A stretch of DNA of 62,798 nucleotides, counting the filler, from Chiloscyllium plagiosum (lineage: Eukaryota), in the NCBI RefSeq assembly GCF_004010195.1. It is 5 parts of one record of this genome, joined end to end, with 100 filler letters (N's around TTAATTAATTAA, not from the genome) between each part and the next. Parts side by side here need not be neighbours in the genome. Positions count along the whole stretch, not along the records: positions 18,386 to 28,664 come from NC_057716.1; positions 28,765 to 58,580 come from NC_057716.1; 3 more parts are not named here. One strand, 5' to 3'. The notes beneath the pieces are model-generated. The model was not told the DNA's origin. It saw only the letters and a program-made list of their open reading frames with translations, and ran no database searches. A program made the translations under genes and the position numbers. The stretch's first letter is position 1, and the number at the start of each line of letters is the position of its first letter. Positions 23,640 to 35,715 of the stretch are shown piece after piece.

Positions 23640-25963
23640 TAAAATAACTTTCCAGTAAAGATTCCATCATGGGAGGAAGTCTGGGATGACCCCCAGAAGT
23701 CTTTAGAACTAGGTGTGATCTGAGATTCATCAAGTCCATATGCCTCCCCCATTGTCCTTGTGAGGAAGAAAGACAGAAATCTGAGGATCTGTATTGATCA
23801 CCAGGCCCTCAATTCAAAGACTCAGAAGGATGCTTACTCTCGACATAGGGTTAAGAAGCATTACATGTTTTCAAAGGTGTAAAGTATTTCCCAGTCTCAA
23901 TTGGTATCACAGTTGTAGCCAACGACACATCACCGAACAAGACGTTGAAAAGATAACATTTCAAGTTGGCTCTGGGACACATTATGAATACACAAGGTGT
24001 TGTTTGGGCTGAGTGAAATTCTGACCAATATGTGGGTTGGATAAAATGCCTTTAATTTTCAGTCTCTCCCTATATGTCAGGACAACACACACAGCTTTGG
24101 CTCGACACACAAGGATACCCATGTGAGACTAGACACTATCTGAGCTGGCTTGTTATGGTTCAACTTGAAAGTGAAAGCCAGAGAAGTATCAACTTTTCCA
24201 GATAGAAATATAGTACCTTTGGGTACTTTATTATTAAGGACGGCATTATTCCTGATGATGAGAAAAACCACGCAGTAGAAGAGTGGGGCTGGCCTAAGAT
24301 GGAGAGGGAATTGCATGGCTTAGCTGGTTACTAAAGGAGGTTTCTGCACAGCCGTGTACAGTAGGTTACCCTGCTCCATGACTTGCTGAGGAAATTAGAA
24401 AATGCTGTAGGAGTGGTTGGAAACGAATGCATGAGATGTGATTCTTCATGGAGCATCTTAACTGGACTCCAGCATGTGAAACTCCCTTTACACCCCCAAA
24501 TAGAAGCTTGTCTCACTACCTTCCTTGGCTTCCCAGATTTCCAACTACTTTACAGAATGGAAACCAAGAGCACTTCCCTTGGACAAGGAGCAATGCTGCC
24601 AAGAGTTGTGTCACATCTACTAACCAGAGGCTAATGGGGAGTGCAAATCATTCAACTGTGTTTTGCTTGACCATCTGGGTACGTTACCACCTGGGATGAA
24701 ACGAAAGTACCCTAAGTACCTTCCACAGCTGGTCTCCACACTCATCCATGGGCTATTCCCCACACTATCTATTTTTTGTGAAGAACCAATCCTCCCTGTG
24801 GGCCATCTCTTTGGATTCACCACACTTTCTGATGGAAATGATTAAGCCAATGAGTGGATAGCTGAGCATCACATGAGGCTAAGACAGATATTGTAGATGG
24901 CATCCAGAGGACTGAGAGAAAAGCACTCAGAAAAATAACATTGAACCATCACAAGGGTGACAGGCATGACCTCTCAATAGAAGCAAGGGTGTTCTTCCAA
25001 AATTGGAGTGTCAGGGATCAGCATAATATACAGAATGTTTTGGGACCCTGGACCTTAGAGTCATCAAATGGCTGGACACAAGTGTCCACACCAATGTCGT
25101 TGAACCAATAGCTGCGAGGGTGCCTCAGACAACAATTCACAGATGGAGGCCATTAGTCTGCTGGTTGACATGGAGATAAGCAGCTCACTCAGAGGTGGTG
25201 TGGAACCTGAAGTGTCATTTTGCATTGGGCTTAAGTGAAGTTGGATATTTATGCACAATTCTGGAGTCATTTGTATCTTATAAATCCAGTATGGGATGTC
25301 TACACTCTCTCTGGAAAATGATGTTGGGAGGATCATGTTAGGAGGCAGAAATTGCAGCAACATGGGTTGTCAAATCATATGGGTCCTTGACACCTCACCG
25401 ACATAGACACTGATATTGGTGATCTGCCACAAAGCCTGGATCCCTTGGAAAATACCAGCACAGATACAAGACTGAGAAGATCTTCAAGAGCAAATGATGG
25501 ATATCTCCCCAATTATTACCATTTGCCCAGATTGATGATATAAGAAGAGAATACTGCCATGAATATGGACTCCAACATTTCATTGTCCTGGCAAAATTGA
25601 TCCTATTAATCACACAACTGCTTAGCAGATGGTTACTCTGTGCTCTGTTCAGAATGGCAACTTTCAATCCGGGTGGTGAATAATGGAACCTGTAGCAGCA
25701 GCTCAAGCAGTTGTATCAGGATATCCACCAGTAGGTGGCACTAGTGAGGGAGGGCAGCTGAAACAAAGGATGTCTTTTGGGAAGGAGTAGACAGGCAAAG
25801 AATTCCTCAGTCCAGTGTAAAACCACAGGCTTCATTATAAGTAAATACTTTGTTGATTAACCTTAATTTCTCTTCATGTTTGTATTTACCTGTTGCCAGT
25901 GGAATAAAGAATCTCTGCTTCATGATCTTTGGGTTGCCAGTGTATTCAAATCTCATGTTATGC
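23640..25963 (+). mobile_element. Second decayed Gypsy element (RT, RNase H, integrase, probable 3' LTR ~25681-25963)
   Basis: LELGVI*DSSSPYASPIVLVRKKDRNLRICID; GLAGY..RRF; integrase LGTLPPGMKRKYPKYLPQLV / GYSPHYLFF; AATAAA near 25903. Confidence 0.78.
25728..25744 (+). promoter_or_regulatory. CTCF-consensus motif in putative Gypsy LTR
   Basis: CCAGTAGGTGGCACTAG matches CCASYAGRKGGCRS. Confidence 0.45.
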
Positions 25964-27069
25964 AATATTAAGAATTGTGAGAGCTATTGAATGCATTTGG
26001 GGCTGCTACCACCCCATTATTACTCAAAAACATCATAGTATAGCTATTGCGGTACTTGAGACATTGCTGTTACTCAGCAGACACTAAAATAGCTGTGAGG
26101 AAGCAAACGGTAGCAGTTTTGTAGGAGAGATTGTGTGAGGCATACCAATACTCTACTGAAGAACAAAATTGTGTCTTTATTATGGGAAATACAAAGTTAA
26201 TTTGTGTTATATTTTGTATCATCATAAAGCTTGACACAAAATGATGTTTGGAGTACCATTAAAAGGCTCGAGGTTTTCCAGTAATGAACATTAAATTAGT
26301 AACAACGTCCCATTAAGATGTTGTTGCTTTAATTTGATCGGTGAATGTGTACCATGTGAGTTATTTTGCAAACGTTTATGAATCATTTCATTCTACTATG
26401 TGGGAAAATCTGTTGTTGTGAATCTTTTCCATTTTCCCTATATATACTCATGTTCTGAATTTATTAGATTAATAGGTATTAAATGTTAAAAGGACCAACC
26501 AATTAAATTTGTTTGCCAAATGCTGATTTTAGCTCAGCACATATGGCACATGGCCATGGTTTGTCTCTGAGTTGTAATTTTTGAATTTTTCTGCATATCC
26601 ACGTCCTTTGAAGCAAATGTATGCAACTGCAAGGATGTTGAAAAGAAACAGAAATGCTAACATTAATTCAAAGAGGTTATTTTGGCCAAAAGATGTAAGT
26701 TCCATTAAATGCATGTTGCCCTGTAAGTAATCCTGTTTTAAAATCTGGAATTAGTGCAAAATTTTGGTCCTAATTGCTGATCATAAATTGCCTGAAAATG
26801 CCAAAGATTTTCGGCTCAAATGTACTCCCCACAATGGGCATCATTTTATTGAAATTGACCTGCTTGTGTAGCAAGCAGAGCTGATAGCAGGTCAGGAAAC
26901 TGGGAAAGTGGGCATGACTGGGGCTCTCAAACTCAGCCACTGCTTCCAGGAAGCTAGGTCAATTTAAACTTATTGGCATCATCATGATTTACACCCCATG
27001 AAGGAAATGGTTTACAGAAATGGAGATTGAAGGCACATTGCTTTCTGAAGCTTCAGCAACTCCAGGAAT

Positions 27070-27265
27070 GGCTTTATCCTGGAGGCTCTTCTATGCGATG
27101 TGAGGGACTGAAGTGAAGTGCTGTTTGTGTCATTCAGAAAGAAGAGGCCATCCTCACAAACCAAGCTGGTGTACATTCAAGAGTAATGAGCAGCAGGATT
27201 TTGGCACCTTGAAGCTGAACTCAGTGCCACAAGAAATTTAATAACCTCATGGCAGCTGAAATGAT
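27070..27265 (+). mobile_element. Harbinger Myb/SANT-like ORF relic
   Basis: LEALLCDVRD*SEVLF...KRPSSQTK...TQCHKKFNNLM. Confidence 0.65.
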
Positions 27266-28132
27266 GAATGCTTTCCCACCTACAGCTGCAAACCCTTACA
27301 CTCTCTGGTTCTCCTCAAACCAACATACCTGGGTGCTCCATTCAATGTACTCTCTCCAGGCATCCTGTCAGTTCCCCATTGGAACAGCCAAACTCTTTCA
27401 AACACATTGATATCGCATGTTCATCCCTCAGTGTGTAATAGTCACGTTCTAGAACTGTTATAATTCTCACCTCTTCACCTAGCCAAATTTACCCACGCTA
27501 AATCATCAATAACAATTTCTTGAAAAGCATTTCCTGCAAAAGCTTTGCCCAACTGCGAGTGTTGATTAAAGGATTTTTATGCTCTAAGTTTGATATTGGG
27601 AATCTGTTTTATTCTGGGGCAGAATGTTCCAGGTCCATGTTCATCCATGGGCAAATGCCAGTCAGAATGTTCCAGGTCCAGTCCTATCCCCACCATCATT
27701 TTAGAAGTGGTGGGGGGGATGTGGGAACTTCCCCCTTCTCCAGTTGAGGGTGTTAAGTTGGTTCCTTGTGCCCAAGGGAAGGCCTTGCCTCGCCACTACA
27801 CTGATTTAATCAGTGGATCAAGAGACAGGCTACCTATAGTGACACCTCTAATACCAATTGAAGGACCTTCCCCACAATTTTGACCTCATCATCTAACCAA
27901 CTATTGACATGCTCCCATCACAATGCCCACTCGCCAGCATCTGGCAGCCTCGCTCCAGCATAATCCCAGAAGTATCAGTATGGTTGGACCTCCATCTGGA
28001 AGTAAAGGTAAGTTCCTCCTCATCCTAAATAAAGTGTCCTTGTGTGCACAACTGAAATGGGACACCCAGCTAAGCATCAGTGCGTCAGTAAGATATATGC
28101 TCAGGTGTGGTGAGCTTTTCCCCACCACCTCC

Positions 28133-28266
28133 CTGAAATAACTCCACAGAGGCTAGCATACCGTCACCAAGTCACCCTTTATTCGTACTTGCACAGTACT
28201 TGGCATTGGTCCAGCTAGCACAACCTGCTCCTAGAGTGAGCAGAACCCCGGACACTCCTGTTTATT
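28133..28266 (-). mobile_element. LTR 3' half, same family as 12028-12220
   Basis: Minus strand ATAAACAGGAGTGTCCGGGGTTCTGCTCAC...AATAAAGGGTGACTTGG...TTTCA. Confidence 0.55.
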
Positions 28267-28664
28267 TATTTTTTTTTGTGTTTTTTTTCTGTTTTTTTTC
28301 TTTTTTTATTCTTAAACCCCCACACTACCGCCTAAGTGCGGTAGTGCTTATTATTTTTTTTCCCCCAGCACCCATGGTATGTGTGTGCAGGTGTGAGACA
28401 CAGTGAAAGACACAAAGTGCACCAATCTTTATTCAAATTCCACCACCAGGAAGATAGGAAAACACCCGGGTGGCCAGTGACAAACACTGTCCTTCACATC
28501 AAAGGGCAGTGCTGTGTGATCAAAACAGTGAAGAGGAGGGGAGGGACTAAATCAAAATAGAGTTGGAAGGAGAAATGATGCACTCCACTCCCTACGGCGC
28601 CCACCTCTCCCTGAACTCCTCCAGGGTGTTGGTCGACACCGCGTGCTCCTTCTCCAAGGACACC
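28267..28664 (-). mobile_element. Tx1-type LINE 3' end
   Basis: VSLEKEHAVSTNTLEEFRERWAP C-terminus, 3'UTR with AATAAA and A-rich tail; runs into the gap. Confidence 0.7.
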
Positions 28665-28764
28665 NNNNNNNNNNNNNNNNNNNNNNNNNNNNNNNNNNNN
28701 NNNNNNNNTTAATTAATTAANNNNNNNNNNNNNNNNNNNNNNNNNNNNNNNNNNNNNNNNNNNN

Positions 28765-29375
28765 TAGTCCCAGGTACCGATCCACGCCTTAAGTTCATCC
28801 ACCTTATTTCTGATACTCCTTGCATTGAAGTATACACATTTGAGCCCATCTCTGTGTCTGCAAGTATTCCCTGTCAGTGCTAACTTCTCCACAGTCTCCC
28901 TACATTCTTGGACATCCTGACAAACAGTTAGCCTACTTGCTGGACTACAAGTCCGGATCCCATCCCCCTGCCAAATTAGTTTACACCCCCCTCCACCTTA
29001 TTTCTGATACTCCTTGCATTGAAGTATACACATTTGAGCCCATCTCTGTGTCTGCAAGTATTCCCTGTCAGTGCTAACTTCTCCACAGTCTCCCTACATT
29101 CTTGGACATCCTGACAAACAGTTAGCCTACTTGCTGGACTACAAGTCCGGATCCCATCCCCCTGCCAAATTAGTTTAAACCCCCCTGAAGAGTGCTAGTA
29201 AACCTACCTTCCAGGATATTGCTGCCCTTCTGGTTCAGGTGCAATCCGTCCTGCTTGTACAGGTCCCACCTTCCCCAGAATGCAGTCCAATTGTTCAAAT
29301 ACCTGAAGCTCTCCCTCCTACACCATCCTTGCAGCCACGTGTTCAACTGCACTCTCTCCCTATTCCTTGCCTTCA
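28765..29375 (-). mobile_element. CR1 ORF1/ORF2 junction fragment
   Basis: QLNTWLQGWCRRESFRYL...WDLYKQDGLHLNQKGSNIL (esterase end). Confidence 0.82.
28798..29185. repeat. 194-bp tandem duplication (2 copies)
   Basis: 28798-28991 vs 28992-29185, one mismatch seen. Confidence 0.92.
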
Positions 29376-29597
29376 TTGCTGTTTGAAGAAAGATGACTGT
29401 AAATCGATCTATTGATTTAATATTGAATAATTTAAATGTTTTCTTGACATTTGTTTTCATTCAGTCATGCAATGTCGGCATCATTGACTAGGGCAGCATT
29501 TATTGTCCATATCCAGTTACCCTCGAAGAGGAGGCTATGAGCTGCCTTCTTGAACTTCTGGAGTCCATTTGCTATTGGAAGATCCACAATTAGGAAA

Positions 29598-29912
29598 GGA
29601 TTAGATTAGATTCCCTATTGAATGGAAACAGGCCCTTCGGCCCAACAATTCCACACTGACCCTCCGAAGAGTGTCCCACCCAGACCCATTTCACTCTCAC
29701 TAATACACCTAACACTATGGGGCAATTTAGCATGGCCAATTCATCTGGCCTGCAAATCTTTGGACTGTGGAAGGAAACCAGAGCACCCGGAGGAAACCCA
29801 CGCAGACACGGGGAGAATGTGCAAACTCCTCACAGACATCACCCGAGGCTGGAATCGATTCTGGGACCCTGGTGCTGTGAGGCAGCAGTGCTAACCACTG
29901 AACCACCGTGCC
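29598..29912 (-). mobile_element. HE1-type V-SINE
   Basis: Head, V-domain and tail. Confidence 0.88.
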
Positions 29913-29951
29913 GAGGTCCAGGATTTTCACTCAATAGCACTGAAGGAAGAG

Positions 29952-30020
29952 CTTCCAATTCTCCAAGTATCCAAGATACTTCCAAATCTCCAAGTCTCCA
30001 AGATACTTCCAAATTTCCCA
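29952..30020. repeat. 27-bp tandem repeat, about 2.5 copies
   Basis: CTTCCAA(T/A)TCTCCAAGT(A/C)TCCAAGATA units at 29952, 29979, 30006. Confidence 0.85.
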
Positions 30021-33000
30021 GTTCCCTCGTGGTTGCAACACTGTACAGGGAGGTTCTGCACATGCCAATTGTCATGTTGTTGCATTAACATCCATTTGAA
30101 AGCCACTGCTCTGCACAGACCTTGGGAGGTTTACGTGGCAGCAAAATTGAGTAGAGGGAACATTGCTTGCAGGTGGTGTGTTCCCATGTACCTGTTGCCA
30201 TTGCCCTTCTAGGTGTCAGTAGTCATGGGTTTAGATGGTGCTGTCTAAGGAGCCTTGGTGAATTACTGCCCTGCATCTTATAGATGGTGCACACTGTTGC
30301 CACTGAGGGTCAGTGCAGGAAGTGAATGTTTGTGGATGTGACGCCAGTCAAGTAGGCTGCTTCGTCCAGGGGTGCTGTCAAAATCAGTGTCTTAATAGTA
30401 GGACTGAAAGTGCTCAATACCTTGAGTATTAGGTGGGAATGAGAGCCACATATGATCACAAATTAGTTATTCATGCATGAGGAAGTTGGGAAAGCATGTA
30501 AAGTTGGAGGACACAGAGATAAAAGTCCAGCGCATTTGTAAAGGGCATCAGACAGATGTTTGTTTCTTGCAAAACAACAGCATCAGTCTCTCTGTGTGAC
30601 TGCAGATCTTGGCATGACAGTTGCTGCTGCAATGTTTCAACCTTTCAACCCCAAGGAAGACCAATTTGTGCTCCCAGAGTGATTGCTCAGAACAGATACC
30701 AAGTGGCCCTATGTTTCAGGAGCACGCCCTGCACGTTCTCTTGCAGATTTTAAGAGAAAGACAGAAGATCCTGTTTCCCAGCGGTAGCTGCAGCTCCTCT
30801 CCCACCTGTTCAAGGCAGCTTGGACAGAGCTGGCATTGGAGGTTAACAACCATTGAGCCAATACAGAAACCAGATCTACTACTGAAATAGGATGAATCAT
30901 CTGCTGCCCTCTATAGGATAAGTTGCAACATCTAATCACCTCTAAAATGGCTCTCATAATGGCATAAAACAATGTAATTGAGTAATTGCAGAGGTATGCC
31001 AGGCAGCAGTTTGGGCTCAGAACCAGAAGGAACATATGGATTGATGTGTCGAAGACAGTTCATGCATGAAAACTGTGCTAAAGGAGCGGATGTGTGTGGA
31101 AAAATTACTAGGGCGAGCACAGGAGCAGTCGCAGGCCTGCACATCCATAATGCATTTATGCATCTATCGGGATGACACAATCCAGTCTACCAGCAGGACG
31201 AAAGATCTCTCCACTCGAGGAACCTCTCAAAGTCTGATGTAGTTGGTCCCAACATTAGAATCCTGAGTCCCTGTCAAAAAGGAACCTAAGGCATTGCCTG
31301 GAATGAAATAAGGAAGATCAGCACCGACAGAGAAAATGCAGTTTGCAAGCTTCTAAGGGAGGATGCATCCTGTCTGGTGTTAAACATTAGACATAGAGTG
31401 ATCAGGCTCAAACTAAGTCCTATGCAAATCATGTGCCTATGGAATCAGGCTTATAAACCCTGTTGGAGATGAAGATACGGGTAGGGGAGCATCTGTTAGA
31501 GATGCCGGGCCAAGCACTTCCTTGAAAGATGGAGTATGCATCCAGGTTCTGGGTGCTGCCAAGCCTCCAATGCATGAGTACTTGGATATTTCCATGAGAA
31601 AGGTTGGTGACAACCATGGAGGGTCAGGTCTAATAGCACACACAGACTCTTCCAGATTGGTTTTCACAACTGCATTCTGTCACTTTGGCCATGGACTGTA
31701 TTTAGTGGTAGGGAGATTTATGTAGGTTGTCGTATGTATCCACACTGAGGAGGTGCACAGAAAGTTACCTCTGGGAAGTGTTATCTCAAGGTATCTAATG
31801 TGCTCTGCCACTTCCCCTCCTCTCTCTCAGTGGCCCCATCACATCCATTATGTGTTTTCTGGACATAACTAAGCTGATTATGTATCTTTTTGATATGTCA
31901 ATGACAGATGCTAAGAGCAAGAGAATCTCCTGGACAACCAATGCAAAAGCTGCAGTGCACTGGCCTCTCCATGTCACAAAATATACTCCATGACAAGTAT
32001 CCTCCTTACTTGCAGGGACTAAGAGGGAGGGAGATATCGGTGCTGTTAGTTAGATCAGCCACAACTTGCTAAGGTAATAATCAAAACTTGTCAATGCAAA
32101 TAACCTAAAGATGGGTTTTGAAGATTTCAAGTGATGGGCCTGTGATTATTTCATTTCCCAACTTGTTCCATTGTGGGATTAGCCTTGAGAAGAAAGATGG
32201 TTGATCTACTGTTTTGGAAACAGAAGTGTGAATGGTTACCTCATGTTTTATCATTTCTGGAGGTCACCAGGTATTTGTTTCTGTCCACTCCATATTTTGT
32301 ACAGCATGGTCAGTCCTTTTATTTCCATCTATGTTGGACCGTCATAACTTTGTAAGTCGTACCAATTAATGCTGCATTTAAATGTGTTGCATTTTATGGA
32401 CAATCAATGATGGGTGATTTGGGCCTTTAGAATCACTGTTTATAGTGTGGCATCAGATGTAGTAGCATCTGAATATCTTGCAGGTTATTATTTTAGAGAT
32501 CTAAAGTTGGTCCTTGGGAATATAGTTGGCAAGCCATCAGGGCTTATCCAACTATCCAACAGAAGCTGTTTTCTAAACAGTGTCTGTACCTACGGCACTT
32601 CATATATATGAATGCATGAAGCTTTCAGCAAGGTGTTGTCACATTTGGAGCATGTGTTAATAAGTCCTGTGTAACTTCCTTTCAAATCACAAGTGTATGT
32701 AGCTTCCACAAAAACAAGCATTTGGACTTTCTCATGTCATATATCTGCAACAATTTAGGTACAAGGATTGGTGGGAAAGTAGGTTGGACTGGAAAGAACG
32801 CATCAGTTCTTCTGTCATTTCTACTGTGACTTTTATTGAGGGGGACACCAAGAGATCTTGCAGGAATGTCATTCTGGCTAGGACTTGGATGCAGGAAGAG
32901 CATCAAAGAACTGTGTGATGCACCATCTCATCAAACTGGTGTATTCAACTGCAGCTGCCCCATCCATTCCCACATGAATATTTGTTTTGTTCACCTCTTC

Positions 33001-33039
33001 CTCAGTTGAGAGCCCCCCACCCCCATCTTGCCTCCCCGG

Positions 33040-34090
33040 TTCATCCATTTCTCCTCACCTTTTCTCTGCAGGGAGTTGTGCAAGACCCGGCAGGGCACAA
33101 TGATCTTGGAGACTCTCTCTGAAGGGTATTGCATCACTCCACCCGAGTGGAGCAGGCAACAGAAACTCATCTTCAACAGGCCAATGTGCTGTTCGATTGT
33201 TGCCCTTGTTGAAATATGCAAGACATTGTACTACTCCTCTGCTGGGATTTATGGGCTGCATGTAGATGTCATGAGCCAGTCCTATCGACTCGGAGTCTCT
33301 CCTGAAGCTGCTGAGCGAGATGGAACACAGGTGGCACCTGAGAGTGAGTGAGAATGTATGAGGCATGGGAGTGCCTTGAGAAGTGAATGCACATGTGCAC
33401 ACACAAACACAGACACACGCACACACATGCATGCACAAACATGCATGCACACACACAGACACAGACACACATGCATGCACACAGACACAGACACACGCAG
33501 ACACACGCATGCACACACACAGAGACACCGACACAACACACACGCATGCACACACACACACAGACACAGACACACACGCATGCACACACACACAGGATTC
33601 ACTTGTGATGATCACACACCAGCTGCACAGCAAAAGGCCTTTGGATTTATGAAGGCTTGCTGGCTGGTCCCAGGGATCTCAATGCCCATTGTGTGCAATC
33701 AACAGCTCCTTATACATGTAGGTATCTAGTTCTGGCAGCAAACCCAGAACTGTATGCCTGGCTCTCAGGAGCTAAAATATATAAACTCATTCACTCTTGT
33801 AAACAGGCCATTGGTGATCTCCCTGATGCATTTGTAGGTGGCAGCCTGCAAGGTTCCACATGTACCCCTTACAGAGCCCTGGAAAGACTTGCTGGTGTAG
33901 AATTTCACAGTGAATTTTAAATCATTGGATTGTCTCCCATTCCCCAAGTAAGTAGGCCTCCCTAAGGAAGCTGGTGAGTGTCAGAGGTCCATGACATCAT
34001 CAACCATCTCAGACATTGTCTCTCTGACATTAGCAACTAATTGTAATGACTAGTTGTGATGTATTTCATTGAGCAGCAATGCTCAATGTC
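33040..34090 (-). mobile_element. PIF/Harbinger transposase (HARBI1-like) pseudogene, split by a microsatellite
   Basis: VKFYTSKSFQGSVRGTCGTLQAATYKCIREITNGLF; PWDQPA; HISTRATIEQHIGLLKMSFCCLLHSGGVMQYPSERVSKIIVPCRVLHN. Confidence 0.85.
33388..33595. repeat. Compound (CA)n microsatellite
   Basis: CACA/CAGA/CATG mosaic. Confidence 0.95.
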
Positions 34091-35346
34091 ACATGGGTCT
34101 CTGGTTGCCAGGTTCTGAGCTGTCTCATTATGTGCCAGTGCTCCTTATTGGGGATTTTGCCATTGCTGTGCCTGTCCCTTGGCCATCCTTGATCAGTTTC
34201 TCTGCAGCTGCACTGGTAGAATCACTCAGTGTACGTGTTCTATCTTGAAGTGAATGATTAACAAAAGTTAAAATCTGCTTTGCACAGTATTTGAGCCCAT
34301 TCCATTCCCTCCCCTCTCCTTATCATTTTTGACTGATTATGTGACCCATACTTAACACTGGTCATACTCCGTTCTCCATTACTTCACCACGGACAATTCC
34401 ATCCTCAAGCTCGAGTCCACATAACAACTTTTGTTTCTTAAACCATGTCTCTGGACAGTCCATGAGCCTGGAACTAGAAGCCATCTCCCTGACCCCTCTG
34501 TTAATTACCTTTGACCTTTTCTCATTCTCCCTCAGCACTCACTGACTCTTGCCCCACCTTTGGTGACCTGTGGTTCATCCATGTCTCCTTTGACTAATCA
34601 TTATTCATCCTAGAATCCCCTCATCACAACTTGCTGGCTCCCTGACACACTGGAACTGAACTGCCTATCATCCATCATCTTAAGGCCTCCCTTTGTCATC
34701 CGTGAACTTCTCGCTGTTTTTCCCATCTCTCAGGACATATTCATTCACTTTCTCTGAATGACTGTTGATGCCTGCATAATCACATTTTTTGATGTTGGAT
34801 TTCTTTATTTGTTCCAGCTTCCTTCATCTACAGCGCTTCAGACTTTGTAGGGCTGCCACCTCCCTCCATCCCTCAGTCAGCCTCATTCCATTTTCACTGC
34901 CATGTCCCTGTATCCCTCTCGTTGTTAGCCTTGCCACCACCCGATCACAACCATCAGTGCCTCCTCTCCAGTGATTGAACCGTTCTCACTGTACAAGAAT
35001 AAGCAACTCTGACACAGTCCAATTCTATTGGGAAGACCATGGAGCCTGCTCCAATCCATGTTTAAGCAGTTGTGAATTTGAAAGCATGTGTTTCTCATTT
35101 TCTGATTTCTTGATTCAAATACAATTCTCACAAGCGTTTTTTTATTGAATGAGGATGCATGACATGCAAATGTGTGAAAAAGAGTTTCCAGACACTTGCC
35201 ATGAGGAAGGTTCAGCCAACCCCAGTCTGCTGCCAGATTTATATGCATCATTGGAAAGCTGCTCAATTAGGTATCTCTGCTCACCTCATTTCCCTCTTCT
35301 GAGAGTTTCACGTGGTTCCACCCAATAGATGAAAGAAGCAAACAAG

Positions 35347-35569
35347 ACGGCACGGTGGCACAGTGGCACAGTGGTTAGCACTGCTGCCTCACAGCGCCAG
35401 AGACCCGGGTTCAATTCCCGCCTCAGGCGACTGACTGTGTGGAGTTTGCACGTNGTAGTGTTAGGTAAGGGGTAAATGTAGGGGAATGGGTATGGGTGGG
35501 TTGCGCTTCGGCGGGGCAGTGTGGACTTGTTGGGCCGAAGGGCCTGTTTCCATACTGTAAGCAATCTAA
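35347..35569 (+). mobile_element. HE1-type V-SINE with collapsed middle (single N)
   Basis: Head and tail intact; about 100 bp of the V-domain region missing at N35454. Confidence 0.88.
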
Positions 35570-35715
35570 AGACAAAATTAGTCGGTGTGGGCAGCAGAGG
35601 AAATATTTATGTATTTTTTGTTTCATCTTTGTTGAAAGTTAAACTCTTAGTACAAGATACAATTAAAATCAGACATTAATCTAATCACAGTCAATGATCT
35701 GTAGCAACACCAAGT

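Larger units (their letters stand above)
29456..30380 (-). mobile_element. 3' part of a LINE related to 15014-19496, interrupted by HE1
   Basis: Reverse complement GGTAACTGGATATGGACAATAAATGCTGCCCTAGTC...TGACTGAATG tail; ORF C-terminus at 30200-30370. Confidence 0.65.

Noticed and set aside
26291..26335. 12-bp stem AGTAACAACGTC/GATGTTGTTGCT as a possible pre-miRNA
   Set aside because: Stem too short and dependent on G-U pairs; no recognisable mature sequence
29952..30020. 27-bp repeats as a possible CRISPR-like array
   Set aside because: Head-to-tail with no spacers; eukaryotic context; no cas genes
32991..33221. HARBI1 host gene
   Set aside because: Frameshifts, stops and a microsatellite insertion, with several similar relics nearby; a transposon fossil
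33055..33729. Six overlapping Cys/Val- or His/Thr-rich ORFs
   Set aside because: Translations of the CA microsatellite
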